Notes: a model not told the origin generated them from the sequence alone. 64,000 nt of DNA from Candidatus Levyibacteriota bacterium (GCA_016214555.1 JACROF010000003.1:930-64929), one strand, 5' to 3'. Positions 29,375 through 40,086 are shown, counted from the stretch's first letter. Numbers and translations are program-made.

Positions 29375-30034
29375 TTATCTCTTCAAAATTTTTTTAAATC
29401 CCTTGAAGTAATAAAAAACCAATCCCATACACCCTAAAGCAAATCCTAAAAGACCTCCTCCTATAACATCAGAAAACCAATGCTCGCCTAAATAGATTCT
29501 GGACACAAGCATAATAACAACAAATACACCAACCAAAATTGATAAAAATATTTTTGTATGTTTTGACCATCCACTATGCCAGATAATAAAAAGGAGAACT
29601 GTTGCTAAAAAAACGGCTCTCCCACTATGGCCTGATGGATAGGAGAACTCTGTCCTTACGTGAAATTGATCAAACTGCACAATTTTATGTGTTCGAAGCA
29701 TAAATTCAGGAGGTGGCGGATGATCAACAAAAAATTTTCCAAAAAGTTCAATTACATGAAATCCCACAAAACCACCAAAAAGCATAATCCCAGAAATAAT
29801 TTTTCGCCAATAAATGAGGGTGAAAATTACTATAACAAGCATCGGCTCAAAGCTCCCTATGTCACTAAAAAATGAGAAAACATCATCAACATTACGAGTG
29901 ATGTTATTTTGAAGCCTCACGGTCGTATCAAAATCAATTCGAGTCAAAAAATCTTTGTGGACTAGATAAGAAAAAAGGATAAAAAGAAGAAAAAAACCGA
30001 TACCAACAAGAAAAAATTTCAGTTCTTTTCGCAT
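29375..30034 (-). CDS. PAP2 family phosphatase
   Basis: SYPSGHS and SRIYLGEHWFSDVIGG. Confidence 0.92.
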   Translation of the reverse strand: MRKELKFFLVGIGFFLLFILFSYLVHKDFLTRIDFDTTVRLQNNITRNVDDVFSFFSDIGSFEPMLVIVIFTLIYWRKIISGIMLFGGFVGFHVIELFGKFFVDHPPPPEFMLRTHKIVQFDQFHVRTEFSYPSGHSGRAVFLATVLLFIIWHSGWSKHTKIFLSILVGVFVVIMLVSRIYLGEHWFSDVIGGGLLGFALGCMGLVFYYFKGFKKILKR

Positions 30035-30056
30035 CTATCTATCATAGCAAAAAGAC

Positions 30057-30317
30057 TCAGGGCTGTCTGGATCTGATGTATCTATGCAAAACCTTTGCAC
30101 CACCAGCACCTACGACTGCTGCAGATGCACCAATAGCAATTGATTTCCTATTTCTTGAAACAAAATTTACTACTTCGACAGCATTGCCTCCGACTGCTGT
30201 GATTGATGGATGAGGATCTCCGCGGGGAATGATAATATCATAGGGACTATCAACGATTTGGGCATATTCATTCATTTTGCCGACCTCATACGGATCGCGA
30301 CTCTCTCGCCCTCTCAT
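30057..30317 (-). CDS. Small hypothetical protein with C-terminal hydrophobic segment
   Basis: Tightly packed between galU and the PAP2 gene on the same strand. Confidence 0.5.
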   Translation of the reverse strand: MRGRESRDPYEVGKMNEYAQIVDSPYDIIIPRGDPHPSITAVGGNAVEVVNFVSRNRKSIAIGASAAVVGAGGAKVLHRYIRSRQP

Positions 30318-30320
30318 ATC

Positions 30321-31205
30321 CTAATCAAGATTAAGTGTTTTTAGAAATGCCTTAAAATCTCCATTAATATCCGGATGCTCAAGCGCTAATTCTACAGCTG
30401 TCTTCATATACTCAAGCTTATTTCCTGTGTCATAATACTTACCATTCTCAATCTCAACAGCATAGACAGGAACCCCTGAGTCTTGCAGCTTGTTAATAGC
30501 ATCAACAAGCCAAATTTCTCCACCTTTCCCAGGCTCAAGTGACCTGAGCGCTCCAAAAAGTTCAGGAGGGACGATGTATGCTCCATGAGTTGCGATATTA
30601 GAAGGCGCCTCATCAGGCTCTGGTTTCTCAACAATACTTTTAATTTTATAAACATTTCCCTCGACAGGATCCAAATCAGCGATCCCATATCTCTTAAGAT
30701 CTTCTTTTTTATCAATTCTGACTCCCGATATAACAATTCCCCCGTATTTTTCATAGACATCAATCATCTGGGAAAGCCTGGGAGGGTTTGCGTAAATAAA
30801 TTCATCTCCCCATAAGACAGCAAAAGCTTCATTTTCAATAATTGGCTCTGCAGCAAGAACAGGAGTACCATTACCATAAGGCCCCTTCTGCCGTACATAA
30901 ATAAAATTAGCAAGATCTGCTATTTTTTTTGTCTCTTCAAGAAGCTTTTGCTTATTTCCCTGCTCTAAATTCTTGATAAGGTCCTGATTTGGTACATCAA
31001 AATGATCCTCAATTGCTCTTTTGAGAGCCCCTGTAACAATTACGATATCCTCAATACCGGAAGCTACAGCTTCCTCTACAACATATTGAATAACAGGCTT
31101 ATCTACAATAGGAAGCATTTCCTTAGGAAGAGCTTTTGTCTGAGGAAGAAATCTGGTCCCAAAACCAGCTGCGGGGATAACGGCTTTTCGTATCCTTTTT
31201 GCCAT
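30321..31205 (-). CDS. galU: UTP--glucose-1-phosphate uridylyltransferase
   Basis: KAVIPAAGFGTRFLP.TKA.PKEMLPIVDKP, VEKP, GEIWL.DA. Confidence 0.95.
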   Translation of the reverse strand: MAKRIRKAVIPAAGFGTRFLPQTKALPKEMLPIVDKPVIQYVVEEAVASGIEDIVIVTGALKRAIEDHFDVPNQDLIKNLEQGNKQKLLEETKKIADLANFIYVRQKGPYGNGTPVLAAEPIIENEAFAVLWGDEFIYANPPRLSQMIDVYEKYGGIVISGVRIDKKEDLKRYGIADLDPVEGNVYKIKSIVEKPEPDEAPSNIATHGAYIVPPELFGALRSLEPGKGGEIWLVDAINKLQDSGVPVYAVEIENGKYYDTGNKLEYMKTAVELALEHPDINGDFKAFLKTLNLD

Positions 31206-31374
31206 ATTCTATTTTGTCACAAAAGATAAAATTTTACCTGCCATGACAAAGTAAAATTAATTGTACGCGAGCTCTCTTTACATGTCAATGAGGATTTGGT
31301 ACAATTACTTGATCTCAAATCATATATCTCAAAGCTCGTCTTGACATTTGAGTTTTACGGTTTGAGTTTTGTTT

Positions 31375-31557
31375 ATGACATCGCCAGTTTCTTTTCTTAC
31401 CCAAACATATGATGAGTTAAAAAAAGTCGTCTGGCCAACACGTCAGCAACTTATGAAATTAATGCTGATAGTTATGTTTGCAAGTCTTGTTGTAGGACTC
31501 TACATCGGTGGCATAGACTTTGTTCTTACTAAACTAACAGAATCGTTATTAAAATAA
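31375..31557 (+). CDS. secE: Preprotein translocase SecE
   Basis: ELKKVVWPTR plus TM; precedes nusG. Confidence 0.95.
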   Translation: MTSPVSFLTQTYDELKKVVWPTRQQLMKLMLIVMFASLVVGLYIGGIDFVLTKLTESLLK

Positions 31558-31569
31558 CAATAGTAACTT

Positions 31570-32160
31570 ATGACACAAGCAACCGATTTACCAAACGGAC
31601 CATCTGAAGAAGAAATTAAAAAAGCATCATTATCTGAGGCTGCTAAATGGTACATTGTTCATACCTATGCTGGTCATGAAAATAAAGTAGCTCGCAATCT
31701 CAAACAACGTGTTGAGACGATGGGTTTTGAGACCCGCATCTTTGACATCATCGTTCCTACTCGCCAAACCATTAAAGTGCAAGGTGGAAAAAAAGAAGAA
31801 GTCAGTGAAAAAATCTTTCCAGGATATGTTCTTGTCAAAATGATTCTCGATGATGAATCATGGCTTCTTGTTAGAACAACGCAAGGAGTTACAGCATTTA
31901 TTGGTGCTGGCAATAAACCAACGCCAATTTCAGAGAAAGAAGTTGAGGCTATTCAACAGTTCATGACACAAGAAGAACCTCTGTACAAAACTTCATTCTC
32001 TCTTGGTGAAGCGGTCAAAATCGTTGATGGACCTTTCGCAGATTTTCTGGGTACTATTGACAGCATAGATGAGACTCGTGGTAAACTACGCGTCTTGGTA
32101 AGTATCTTCGGACGAGAAACGCCCGTTGAGCTTGATTTCCTGCAAGTACAAAAAATATAA
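31570..32160 (+). CDS. nusG: Transcription factor NusG
   Basis: WYIVHTYAGHE, FPGYVLV, GPFADF, FGRETPVEL. Confidence 0.98.
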   Translation: MTQATDLPNGPSEEEIKKASLSEAAKWYIVHTYAGHENKVARNLKQRVETMGFETRIFDIIVPTRQTIKVQGGKKEEVSEKIFPGYVLVKMILDDESWLLVRTTQGVTAFIGAGNKPTPISEKEVEAIQQFMTQEEPLYKTSFSLGEAVKIVDGPFADFLGTIDSIDETRGKLRVLVSIFGRETPVELDFLQVQKI

Positions 32161-32243
32161 GAAGGATGTAGAAGATAGTAAGTAGCTTTTAGTTACGTTT
32201 TAACTACACGCTATTGCCTACTTTACTACCTACTAAACAAAAT

Positions 32244-32666
32244 ATGGCTAAAAAAATTAAAACATTAATAAAGCTTAATATCCAAGCAGGTGCAGCGACT
32301 CCTGCACCACCTGTTGGACCAGCTCTTGGTCAACACGGACTTCCTATCATGGAATTTGTAAAGGCCTTCAATGACAAAACAGCAGATCAGAAAGGCAATC
32401 TTCTTCCTGTTGTTATTACTGTTTTTGAAGACCGAACCTTTACTTTTATTACCAAAAAGCCTCCTATGGCTGAAATGATCAAAAAGGCACTTGGACGAGG
32501 CGGGTCACAAAAGCCTGGAAAAGAAAAAGCAGGTTCTATCACCAAATCCCAAGCTGAGCAAATTGCTAAAGACAAAATGGAAGATCTTAATACCGATGAT
32601 CTTGACATGGCAACACGAATCGTCGCGGGTACAGCACGAAGTATGGGAGTGGAGGTTTCAAGCTAA
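32244..32666 (+). CDS. rplK: 50S ribosomal protein L11
   Basis: [25 protein letters not shown]. Confidence 0.98.
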   Translation: MAKKIKTLIKLNIQAGAATPAPPVGPALGQHGLPIMEFVKAFNDKTADQKGNLLPVVITVFEDRTFTFITKKPPMAEMIKKALGRGGSQKPGKEKAGSITKSQAEQIAKDKMEDLNTDDLDMATRIVAGTARSMGVEVSS

Positions 32667-32718
32667 TTCAAAATTTAGAATTCTGAATTCTAGATTGTGA
32701 ATTATGAATTAATAACAT

Positions 32719-33543
32719 ATGGGAAAAATTAGAGTAAAAGCATTAGGAGACGAAGAGTTAGAGCTCAAACAGGCTGAGGAAGCTAAAGTTCGTAAGGAAG
32801 CTAAAAAGGCTGAAAAACAAACTGAAATTTCTACTGATCAAGTTATTGAAAAAGTTGAAGCAGCTTCAGTTGAAGAAACAAAACTTCAGAAAAAACAGAA
32901 AAAAGAAAAATTTGTTAAGACAAATAAAAAAATCCGTTCAAAAAGTTATATGACAAAAGTAGATCTCGTTGATAAAAATAAAAATTATTCTCTTTCAGAG
33001 GCTATTACTCTCTTGCCTCAGTTAAAAAGGGCGAAATTTGATGAGACAGTCGAGCTTCATATTACGACAGTTGAAACAGGCGTCTCAGGCAGCGTTAGCC
33101 TTCCCCATGGAACTGGAAAACAAATGAGAATTGCTATCGCAAATGGTGCTGATCAAAAAACTCTTGATGAACTTCTTGCAAAAATTGAGGCAGGAAATAT
33201 CGATTTTGATATCCTTATTGCTACCCCTGACAGTATGCCAAAATTGGCAAAAGCAGCACGAGTTCTTGGACCTCGAGGACTTATGCCAAATCCAAAAAAT
33301 GGCACTGTTACTCCAAAACCTGAAGAAGTTGCTAAAAAGTATGAAGGTGGACAAATTAATTTCAAAACAGAGTCTAAATTCCCTCTTCTTCACATCTCTG
33401 TGGGAAAAGTCTCTTTTGGTGAAGATAAAATTCGCGAGAATGTTAAAACAGTTCTTAATGCAATTGATAGTAAAAAAATTAGAAGCATCACTCTCAAATC
33501 AACCATGTCCCCAGCAATTCGTTTAGATATTGCCTCCTTATAA
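32719..33543 (+). CDS. rplA: 50S ribosomal protein L1 with charged N-terminal extension
   Basis: KFDETVE, LPHGTGK, LGPRGLMPNPKNGTV, STMSP. Confidence 0.97.
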   Translation: MGKIRVKALGDEELELKQAEEAKVRKEAKKAEKQTEISTDQVIEKVEAASVEETKLQKKQKKEKFVKTNKKIRSKSYMTKVDLVDKNKNYSLSEAITLLPQLKRAKFDETVELHITTVETGVSGSVSLPHGTGKQMRIAIANGADQKTLDELLAKIEAGNIDFDILIATPDSMPKLAKAARVLGPRGLMPNPKNGTVTPKPEEVAKKYEGGQINFKTESKFPLLHISVGKVSFGEDKIRENVKTVLNAIDSKKIRSITLKSTMSPAIRLDIASL

Positions 33544-33545
33544 GT

Positions 33546-33580
33546 CCTGTTTACCCCGCGAAGCTTTAGCGAAGTAGGGC
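33546..33580. repeat. REP-like palindromic element after rplA
   Basis: CCTGTTTACCCCGCGAAGCTTTAGCGAAGTAGGGC; resembles short repeats I recall from CPR genomes. Confidence 0.45.
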
Positions 33581-33651
33581 AATTCACCTCGACCTCGCCT
33601 CACTCTAACGCTTAAATTGACGACGGAGTAAACCTACCCTAGAATAAAGTT

Positions 33652-35076
33652 ATGCCTGAAAATGCTGAAGTAAATCCCGTTGTTGAACCAAAAGCTGAAT
33701 TTGACGTAGGCTTCTTTACCATAAATTTTCTCTCTACAGACCCTCATGGCTTTGAGGTTCAGACAAGACACAGCCTTCCCCGCCGTGACAGAGATCCTGT
33801 GACAGGATTGCCTGCCACTCCTCTTGCACTCAACCAAGAACAAAGAGGAGACCTCCGACGAGGCATGGGAACAGAGGCATTCTTTGCTCTTCCTGGAGAT
33901 TTCCCTCATGAAAAAAGGCCAGATGTTAGAAGACTTTTTAGCCTTATAGATCAAACAGCAACGCTTAAGGAGCAAGCTGGAACAACTGAACAACTGCAAG
34001 AAAAATTAATGGAGATGAGAATGCTTCGTAAAGAACTAAGGCCGTTATTTAAAGAATATAATCTTCGAGATAGATTAGGTCTTAAAGTTGGGACTCGAAA
34101 TGTGCAGAAAGTTGGAATACGTAAAATTGAACGGGCTGGAAATAAGCTTCTTATTGATACAAGACCTATTAGTTATCCTGTCTATGCCGTGGCAAGTAGC
34201 CCCGACGACACTGAAGAATCTCTGGATTTAGGCGCTGTTACAGGCACAGCAGGTGTTCTTATTACAGCAGATAACAAAATGATTCTTCAATACAGAAGCA
34301 AAAAAAATAGTCCTTATGGTGATATGCCAGGGGCGAGTTTTGCTGGCATGCTTGATGCTCGTTTCAAAAGAATAAAACTAGAAAATGGCAAAGAACTCAA
34401 AACAGGTGTTCTTCAAGATGTAGATGATACATATATCAAAGAAAGTTCAGCTGAGGAACGATTTCAGGAAATTGCTATCGTTGGTGAAGACGTAACAGAT
34501 TTTAGGATTATCGGCGAAGCTCGTGATCATGTCCGTGAACATGACGAATTTCTTTTGTTGGCAAAAACATCTCTTACAGCGCGTGAGGTGGCAAAAAGAA
34601 CTGAAAACGCTCCCCGAAGTAGCAATGCACGGAAATTAAATGGCCAGGGAGACTTTCATTTTGAAGAAAATTTTCTTGTGATAGATGCCACACCTGAGGC
34701 TATTGAGACCCTTGTAACGCAAGTCAAATGTCCTCGCCCACCTACCCATGATGCAGCTTTTATAGCTGCAGGCTATAACATGATGCTTGAAAGAACACAG
34801 GAAGAAGGCGGTGGGCTGAAAGCAGCTAATGAGTGGCTTGAAAGGATGCAAGAGGCAACTCGTCAAAACTACGAGGATATGAATAAAATAGTCAAGGAGT
34901 TCTATGAACAACATCCTGAAAAGCTTGAAGATAATAAGCCTGGCAAACCCAAACGAAATCCTAATGCATATGAACCCTACTACTTTCCAACCGAACAAGG
35001 GCTACCAGATCTCATGAATGAACTTTATAGAACTGGACTTATGACCAGACCCGAGACAGATTCCTCCCCAAGCTAG
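33652..35076 (+). CDS. Hypothetical protein with possible degenerate Nudix-like (NUDT22-like) domain
   Basis: GTAGVLITADNKMILQYRS...PGASFAG...EERFQEIAI; leaderless promoter TTGACG-17-TAGAAT. Confidence 0.5.
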   Translation: MPENAEVNPVVEPKAEFDVGFFTINFLSTDPHGFEVQTRHSLPRRDRDPVTGLPATPLALNQEQRGDLRRGMGTEAFFALPGDFPHEKRPDVRRLFSLIDQTATLKEQAGTTEQLQEKLMEMRMLRKELRPLFKEYNLRDRLGLKVGTRNVQKVGIRKIERAGNKLLIDTRPISYPVYAVASSPDDTEESLDLGAVTGTAGVLITADNKMILQYRSKKNSPYGDMPGASFAGMLDARFKRIKLENGKELKTGVLQDVDDTYIKESSAEERFQEIAIVGEDVTDFRIIGEARDHVREHDEFLLLAKTSLTAREVAKRTENAPRSSNARKLNGQGDFHFEENFLVIDATPEAIETLVTQVKCPRPPTHDAAFIAAGYNMMLERTQEEGGGLKAANEWLERMQEATRQNYEDMNKIVKEFYEQHPEKLEDNKPGKPKRNPNAYEPYYFPTEQGLPDLMNELYRTGLMTRPETDSSPS

Positions 35077-35151
35077 CCTTGACTCTCACGAGTAATCGTA
35101 CTATACTCACCCACAAGAATAAGCTGCCGAACTGGCAGCTTTTTGCATATT

Positions 35152-36684
35152 ATGTCATCAAAAATAGAACTCGCCTCGTCTCCTCACCTTCCGCCTGAGA
35201 TGCAATCAGGGCAAAGTTATGACGGAAATATTATTCCTCGTAGATTTTTACCGCTTGATCCCAATGGTATGACTGGTCGAGATTTACAAATATATGCACA
35301 AGGATTCAAGGCTGGAGATGGTCAAAGACCCTCACCTACTCTTGGAGAGAACGACATACCACTCTCCACACACACAAGGCGTCAATTTGGATATGAAGCA
35401 GCGCTTGGACTGACATTACTTGCTGGAGCTGGAGGTTTATTAGCAAGATCGCTCTATGATACTCTCACAAATGTCAGCGCTCCTGATTTTGCTCAAAAAC
35501 TATTGGATAAAAAAGCTGACACAACTGCCCTAAATGGTGAGACAGTCTATCATGATATCCTTCCGGGAATGGTTGGGACTCACGGCTTCTCAGTACTATT
35601 TAATCCTCTTGAGCTTTCCGCATTCTCAGACAGAGCAGGAAAAAATTATAACTGCGTTATCTCGACAACAACCCTTGGTGAGGATGGTAGGGAAAAAGTT
35701 GAACCCTGCATCGTCTACAACAACGGAAATTCTCTTAAAATCCCTTACAGTTTTCAGATCTCTCTTGAGGGACAACAACGCGCATCATACATACCAATCG
35801 ACTGGTATCCAATCGACGAGACATCTTCAACTGTTGTCACTTTTCATACCGCACAAGCTGGTCAACAGCCTGATGAGGAACACGCAAGAAGATACACTTT
35901 TATGCCAGACGACTACACAAAAATCGAATGGCCCACATCAAATACAGTTGTCTCAATCATAAAAGAAAACCATGCCAGAATGCCGCAGGAATTAGAAAGT
36001 TCACTGCAAAATTTTTTCTCAAGAGTTGGAGCAGACTACACCCCACAAATATATCTACGCGGTAATGAATGGTCAAAAAATGGAAAACTCTATACACTAA
36101 CTGATAATAGTTCACGCCTTGTGCTTGGAGAATCATTGGGATACCTAGATGAAAAAGAGAGATACTATCATCTCAATGCAGCATGGGGAGAAGTTATCTT
36201 TGACAAAATGCTTGCATCATTCCCCAACACTTCCACCAGTGTTATTATAAGCACTTTTATAAAAACACACCGCGACGTATTAAGAATGAAAGATGAATAT
36301 GAGACTAATGAAATAGGAAGTCACGGAGCAGCAACGTATACTGAAGCACAGAATCCATATTTTAAGCTTTTTTTAGATCTTGATAAAATATTTAAACCTC
36401 AACGAAATAAAAATGGTGATCGCTACTATTTTACTGATCCAAGAGAAGAGTTTGGGAGAATACTTGCCATAATGATGAATAATCCAAGCGAACTTATTTT
36501 TCTTAAAGATCAATCTTCTCGTGAGCCTGCAGAATGCATAAAAAAACTCTGTGGGGCAATAAGGGCTGCTATTAACGAAGAACTGGTCGCTAACAAAGAA
36601 GACTCACTTGAGATTCTTAACAATCTGTTTCCTGATGCAAGCTCATCTTCAACATTTCTCCAATGGTTTTTCCAAACACAATAA
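35152..36684 (+). CDS. Hypothetical membrane-anchored protein
   Basis: TRRQF followed by a hydrophobic segment, then a large soluble domain. Confidence 0.65.
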   Translation: MSSKIELASSPHLPPEMQSGQSYDGNIIPRRFLPLDPNGMTGRDLQIYAQGFKAGDGQRPSPTLGENDIPLSTHTRRQFGYEAALGLTLLAGAGGLLARSLYDTLTNVSAPDFAQKLLDKKADTTALNGETVYHDILPGMVGTHGFSVLFNPLELSAFSDRAGKNYNCVISTTTLGEDGREKVEPCIVYNNGNSLKIPYSFQISLEGQQRASYIPIDWYPIDETSSTVVTFHTAQAGQQPDEEHARRYTFMPDDYTKIEWPTSNTVVSIIKENHARMPQELESSLQNFFSRVGADYTPQIYLRGNEWSKNGKLYTLTDNSSRLVLGESLGYLDEKERYYHLNAAWGEVIFDKMLASFPNTSTSVIISTFIKTHRDVLRMKDEYETNEIGSHGAATYTEAQNPYFKLFLDLDKIFKPQRNKNGDRYYFTDPREEFGRILAIMMNNPSELIFLKDQSSREPAECIKKLCGAIRAAINEELVANKEDSLEILNNLFPDASSSSTFLQWFFQTQ

Positions 36685-36729
36685 TCATTCATGAGTTGAT
36701 CTTTTCTATCTATTCTGCTATGATACATA

Positions 36730-36905
36730 AGTCCAAAGACAGCAGGCCCAAAAGCATATAGCCTATGGCTAATAGCAAATGGTTAAACATTCCTGCCGAG
36801 GGCTTCACTAGGATTTAGTAATTAGGTAATAGCGCTTAGTTCAAAAACTACTCCCTACACACTACTACCTACATCCTTTAAAAGCACCTCGAGTGCTTTT
36901 TTATT
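36730..36905 (+). promoter_or_regulatory. L10 ribosomal protein leader with attenuator
   Basis: AAGACAGCAGG...TTAAA...CCTGCCGAGG core; terminator AAAGCACCTCGAGTGCTTTTTT whose CCTCG can pair with CGAGG; directly upstream of rplJ. Confidence 0.85.
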
Positions 36906-36914
36906 AGGAAATAT

Positions 36915-37478
36915 ATGGCTAACAAAACAGCATCAATGAAATACCAGCCAAAGCCTCACCAAGGCAAGGCTCGAAAAGAACAGCTTGTAGCAGAACTTTC
37001 AGAAAAGGTTCAAAAATCACAGGCTTTTGTTTTCGTAAATTACCAAGGCCTTACTCATCTTCAATTAGAGGCTATCAAAAAGACATCAAAAAAATTAGAT
37101 GCAGATTTTGTTGCTGTCAAAAATACCCTTATGCTTCGAGCTCTCTCTGAATACAACCTTTCAGATGAAGACAAGAAAAATTTTGAACAACCAACAGCTA
37201 CTCTTTTTATCTATGGAGATATCGTTGAGCCACTCAAAAACCTCGCAAAAACTGCAAAAGAACTTGATTTGCCAAAAATTAAATTTGGCATTATTGAAAA
37301 AAATCCTATTACAGCAGAGCAGGTTCTCAAATTGGCAACGCTTCCACCACTTCCTCAACTTCGAGCACAACTTTTGGGCATGATGATGTCTCCTATTCAA
37401 GGTCTACATCGTGCACTTTCATGGAATATGCAAACACTTGTTATGACACTTAATGCAATCGCTCAAAAAAAAGCTTAA
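36915..37478 (+). CDS. rplJ: 50S ribosomal protein L10
   Basis: YQGLT, VKNTL, LATLP...LRAQLLG. Confidence 0.96.
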   Translation: MANKTASMKYQPKPHQGKARKEQLVAELSEKVQKSQAFVFVNYQGLTHLQLEAIKKTSKKLDADFVAVKNTLMLRALSEYNLSDEDKKNFEQPTATLFIYGDIVEPLKNLAKTAKELDLPKIKFGIIEKNPITAEQVLKLATLPPLPQLRAQLLGMMMSPIQGLHRALSWNMQTLVMTLNAIAQKKA

Positions 37479-37496
37479 AGGGGGTGAACAGATTTT

Positions 37497-37892
37497 ATGG
37501 CAAAACTAACAAATGATGAATTAATGAAAGCAATTGAAGAGATGTCTGTTCTCGAACTTTCTGAGCTTGTTAAAGCTCTTGAAGAAAAATTCGGAGTTTC
37601 TGCAGCAGCTATGGCTGTAGCAGCAGCTCCAGCATCAGGCGCAGCAGCAAGTGCTGATGCAGCCCCAGCTGAAGAACAAACAGTCTTCAATGTTATTTTG
37701 GCTAGCGCTGGCGCTAACAAGATCGCTGTTATTAAGGCTATTCGAGAACTCGTTCCAACACTTGGTCTTAAGGAAGCAAAAGATCTTGCTGACACAGCAC
37801 CAAAAGAAGTTATGACACAAGTCAACAAAAAAACTGCTGATGAGGCAAAAGAAAAACTCACCGCAGCAGGAGCAACTGTTGAATTGAAGTAA
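37497..37892 (+). CDS. rplL: 50S ribosomal protein L7/L12
   Basis: [34 protein letters not shown]. Confidence 0.98.
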   Translation: MAKLTNDELMKAIEEMSVLELSELVKALEEKFGVSAAAMAVAAAPASGAAASADAAPAEEQTVFNVILASAGANKIAVIKAIRELVPTLGLKEAKDLADTAPKEVMTQVNKKTADEAKEKLTAAGATVELK

Positions 37893-37893
37893 C

Positions 37894-37946
37894 AAAAAAC
37901 CTCGTCCTCTCTAAAAATAATTTATTTTGCGGCCGAGGTTTTTTTG
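37894..37946 (+). terminator. Terminator after rplL
   Basis: AAAAAACCTCG...CGAGGTTTTTT extended hairpin. Confidence 0.7.
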
Positions 37947-39094
37947 TGGTCATAACGTATACCTTAGGCTGATTTAATAATCTAATCATTTATCCAATAT
38001 TTCTTATTTTAATAAAAAAGATGATCATAAGATTTTAGGCAAGCTCAAAAGACTTGTAAAGAATTGATACTCTAAAAAGACATAAAACTCTCCCAAAAAG
38101 GAAAATACTACACCAATAAGAGGCCACATTGCATAAGAGTCGCTTCGAAAACGCGAAATATAGCCCAATTCCCTCTTTTGAAACAGTGTTTTGACAATTA
38201 TTTTGATTCTGATGTCATATGATGTAGTCATTTTTCGACTTTTTGAACGATTCAAAACATATATACAATTTTTTCACGTCGGATAATATTCTTGTAAGAA
38301 TAAGACCGCGACTTGATCGAACAATTCCCGAATGAGTATAAATATTGTTCTATAGAATAGAACTCATGAAAATTCCAAAAATCCAAAAAAATGATTTTTG
38401 TACCAGCTGCCAAAAAATCCCAATACTTTCATAAAGTTTTGGAAAATTAAGACAAAAATTTCAAAAAAAGAAAAGTTTTCCTGTGGATATCCCCAAATAA
38501 CTCTCTTACTCCAAGCTCCTCCCCTATAGCCTTATAATGGGAGACTATAGGTAAAACAAGAGTTAATAAAATGGCTATAGTAAATTACTGTAGGACTATT
38601 GTCCAATTTCTCCCTTCCAATATAGGATAAGACCCTTTAGATACCTTCTAGGTCATCCTACGCCCTTAAAATATTATTTTGAGGCTAAGAGCTTTTAGTA
38701 TTAATGTTTCTAAAGATATCTTGACCAATAAAAAATTGTGATATATACTACATGTAATACGCGCAATTTAGCAGCTCCAAAGAGCTGCTTTTTTTGTATG
38801 AAAAGCCTTAACTACTCTGATAAAACACATAAAATAAAAATATGAAGATACAAAACGTAACATCCATAAGAAGTGTCAGGTATTTTCGATATAAAGATGT
38901 ACCAAAACTTTTTCTTATTAACCTTTGTGAAAGACCAATAGCAACTCTAAATCTAATAATTTTTCTCATTTGGGTACTTTTGTCAATTATAACCAGCTAA
39001 ACCACCAAACTCCCCCTTGACACTAATGTTCTAGTTTGTTACTTTAGTGATAGGTAATTATTACAATGATTACCTATGAGTTACTCTCCAGGCT

Positions 39095-39310
39095 ATGGCT
39101 GATCAAAAGATATCAATCAACGACCTACCAGATCTACTTACTGTACGAGAAGTTGCAGAAGTTTTACGCGTCTCTCCTCTTACCATCAAACGCTGGGGGA
39201 AAAGGGGTAAATTACCAGCAATTCGTATCAACAGCAGGGGGGACAGGCGCTACAAAAAAGAAGCAGTTTTTTACCTCCTAGGTATTCAGGAAAAAAGTGG
39301 GACTATCTAA
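39095..39310 (+). CDS. Small MerR-like/excisionase-type (BldC-like) HTH DNA-binding protein
   Basis: LLTVREVAEVLRVSPLTIKRW...GKLPAIR...GDRRY. Confidence 0.88.
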   Translation: MADQKISINDLPDLLTVREVAEVLRVSPLTIKRWGKRGKLPAIRINSRGDRRYKKEAVFYLLGIQEKSGTI

Positions 39311-39417
39311 ATAGATAGAAAGCTAAACCTCATTATTCCTCCATTTTTACTATATCAGACATATTACTAAGATGATCACTTTGCCATAAAAAAAGCCCCG
39401 GCAAAGCCGGGGCAAAA

Positions 39418-40086
39418 TTACCACATAGAGAAAACCCAACAACCAGGACCAGAAAGCCCTTGTATGTCTTTCACAGACAAAAAGTAGGCAGAGACTGCCT
39501 CTTCTATCCTGCGATAACCCTGCACCTCCTCGATGGTAACATCCTCAGGAGCGCAATAGGTGATGTCAATTGAGTGAACATTGCCATCCTGAAACTCCAG
39601 AGAGCTTCTCAGATCAGTAATAATTTCCTCAGTGAGAGCTGAGGCCCTTTCTTCTGGAAAATAGACCTCAAAGAGCGACTCTGCAAAGACCCTAAAATCC
39701 TCCTCAAGCTGCTCAAGACCGCAGTCGAGAAGACCCACTGCCGGTGCAAAGCACAGCTCCAAATACCCTTCAGAGTTACCCTGCAACATTTCATTGGTGA
39801 TCACGATCAAGTCGCCTGGAAAGACGAGCTGACCATATTGACCGTTGCCAAAACTCAGTGGCTCTTTACCATCAAGCTTTGCCCAAGCAAGGCAGGCAAC
39901 AGACATAGGATTTTCAACAAGAAATTCAAGGGAATTCCCTACATAAAGATCGTGTCCATCGCAAAACGGACAAGACAAAGCCTGGATCTCTTTTCCGCTC
40001 TTTTCAAAACAAAAGACAGAACGACGATCAGCGCTAAGCATCTCAGGTCCTTTTCTACTAAACCAATGCGGGCAATGCTGCCGCAT
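39418..40086 (-). CDS. Hypothetical protein, paralog array member 4
   Basis: ENP...DG...VFPGDLIVIT.EML...G.L.L.F.P; terminator at 39388-39413; start may be 40041. Confidence 0.7.
   Translation of the reverse strand: MRQHCPHWFSRKGPEMLSADRRSVFCFEKSGKEIQALSCPFCDGHDLYVGNSLEFLVENPMSVACLAWAKLDGKEPLSFGNGQYGQLVFPGDLIVITNEMLQGNSEGYLELCFAPAVGLLDCGLEQLEEDFRVFAESLFEVYFPEERASALTEEIITDLRSSLEFQDGNVHSIDITYCAPEDVTIEEVQGYRRIEEAVSAYFLSVKDIQGLSGPGCWVFSMW

Noticed and set aside
37475-37895. Antisense ORFs over rplL and similar shadow ORFs throughout the track
   Set aside because: They lie opposite or within confidently identified genes and have no independent signals
37947-39094. Replication origin
   Set aside because: Only one near-match DnaA box (TGTGGATAT at ~38482) and no dnaA/dnaN nearby
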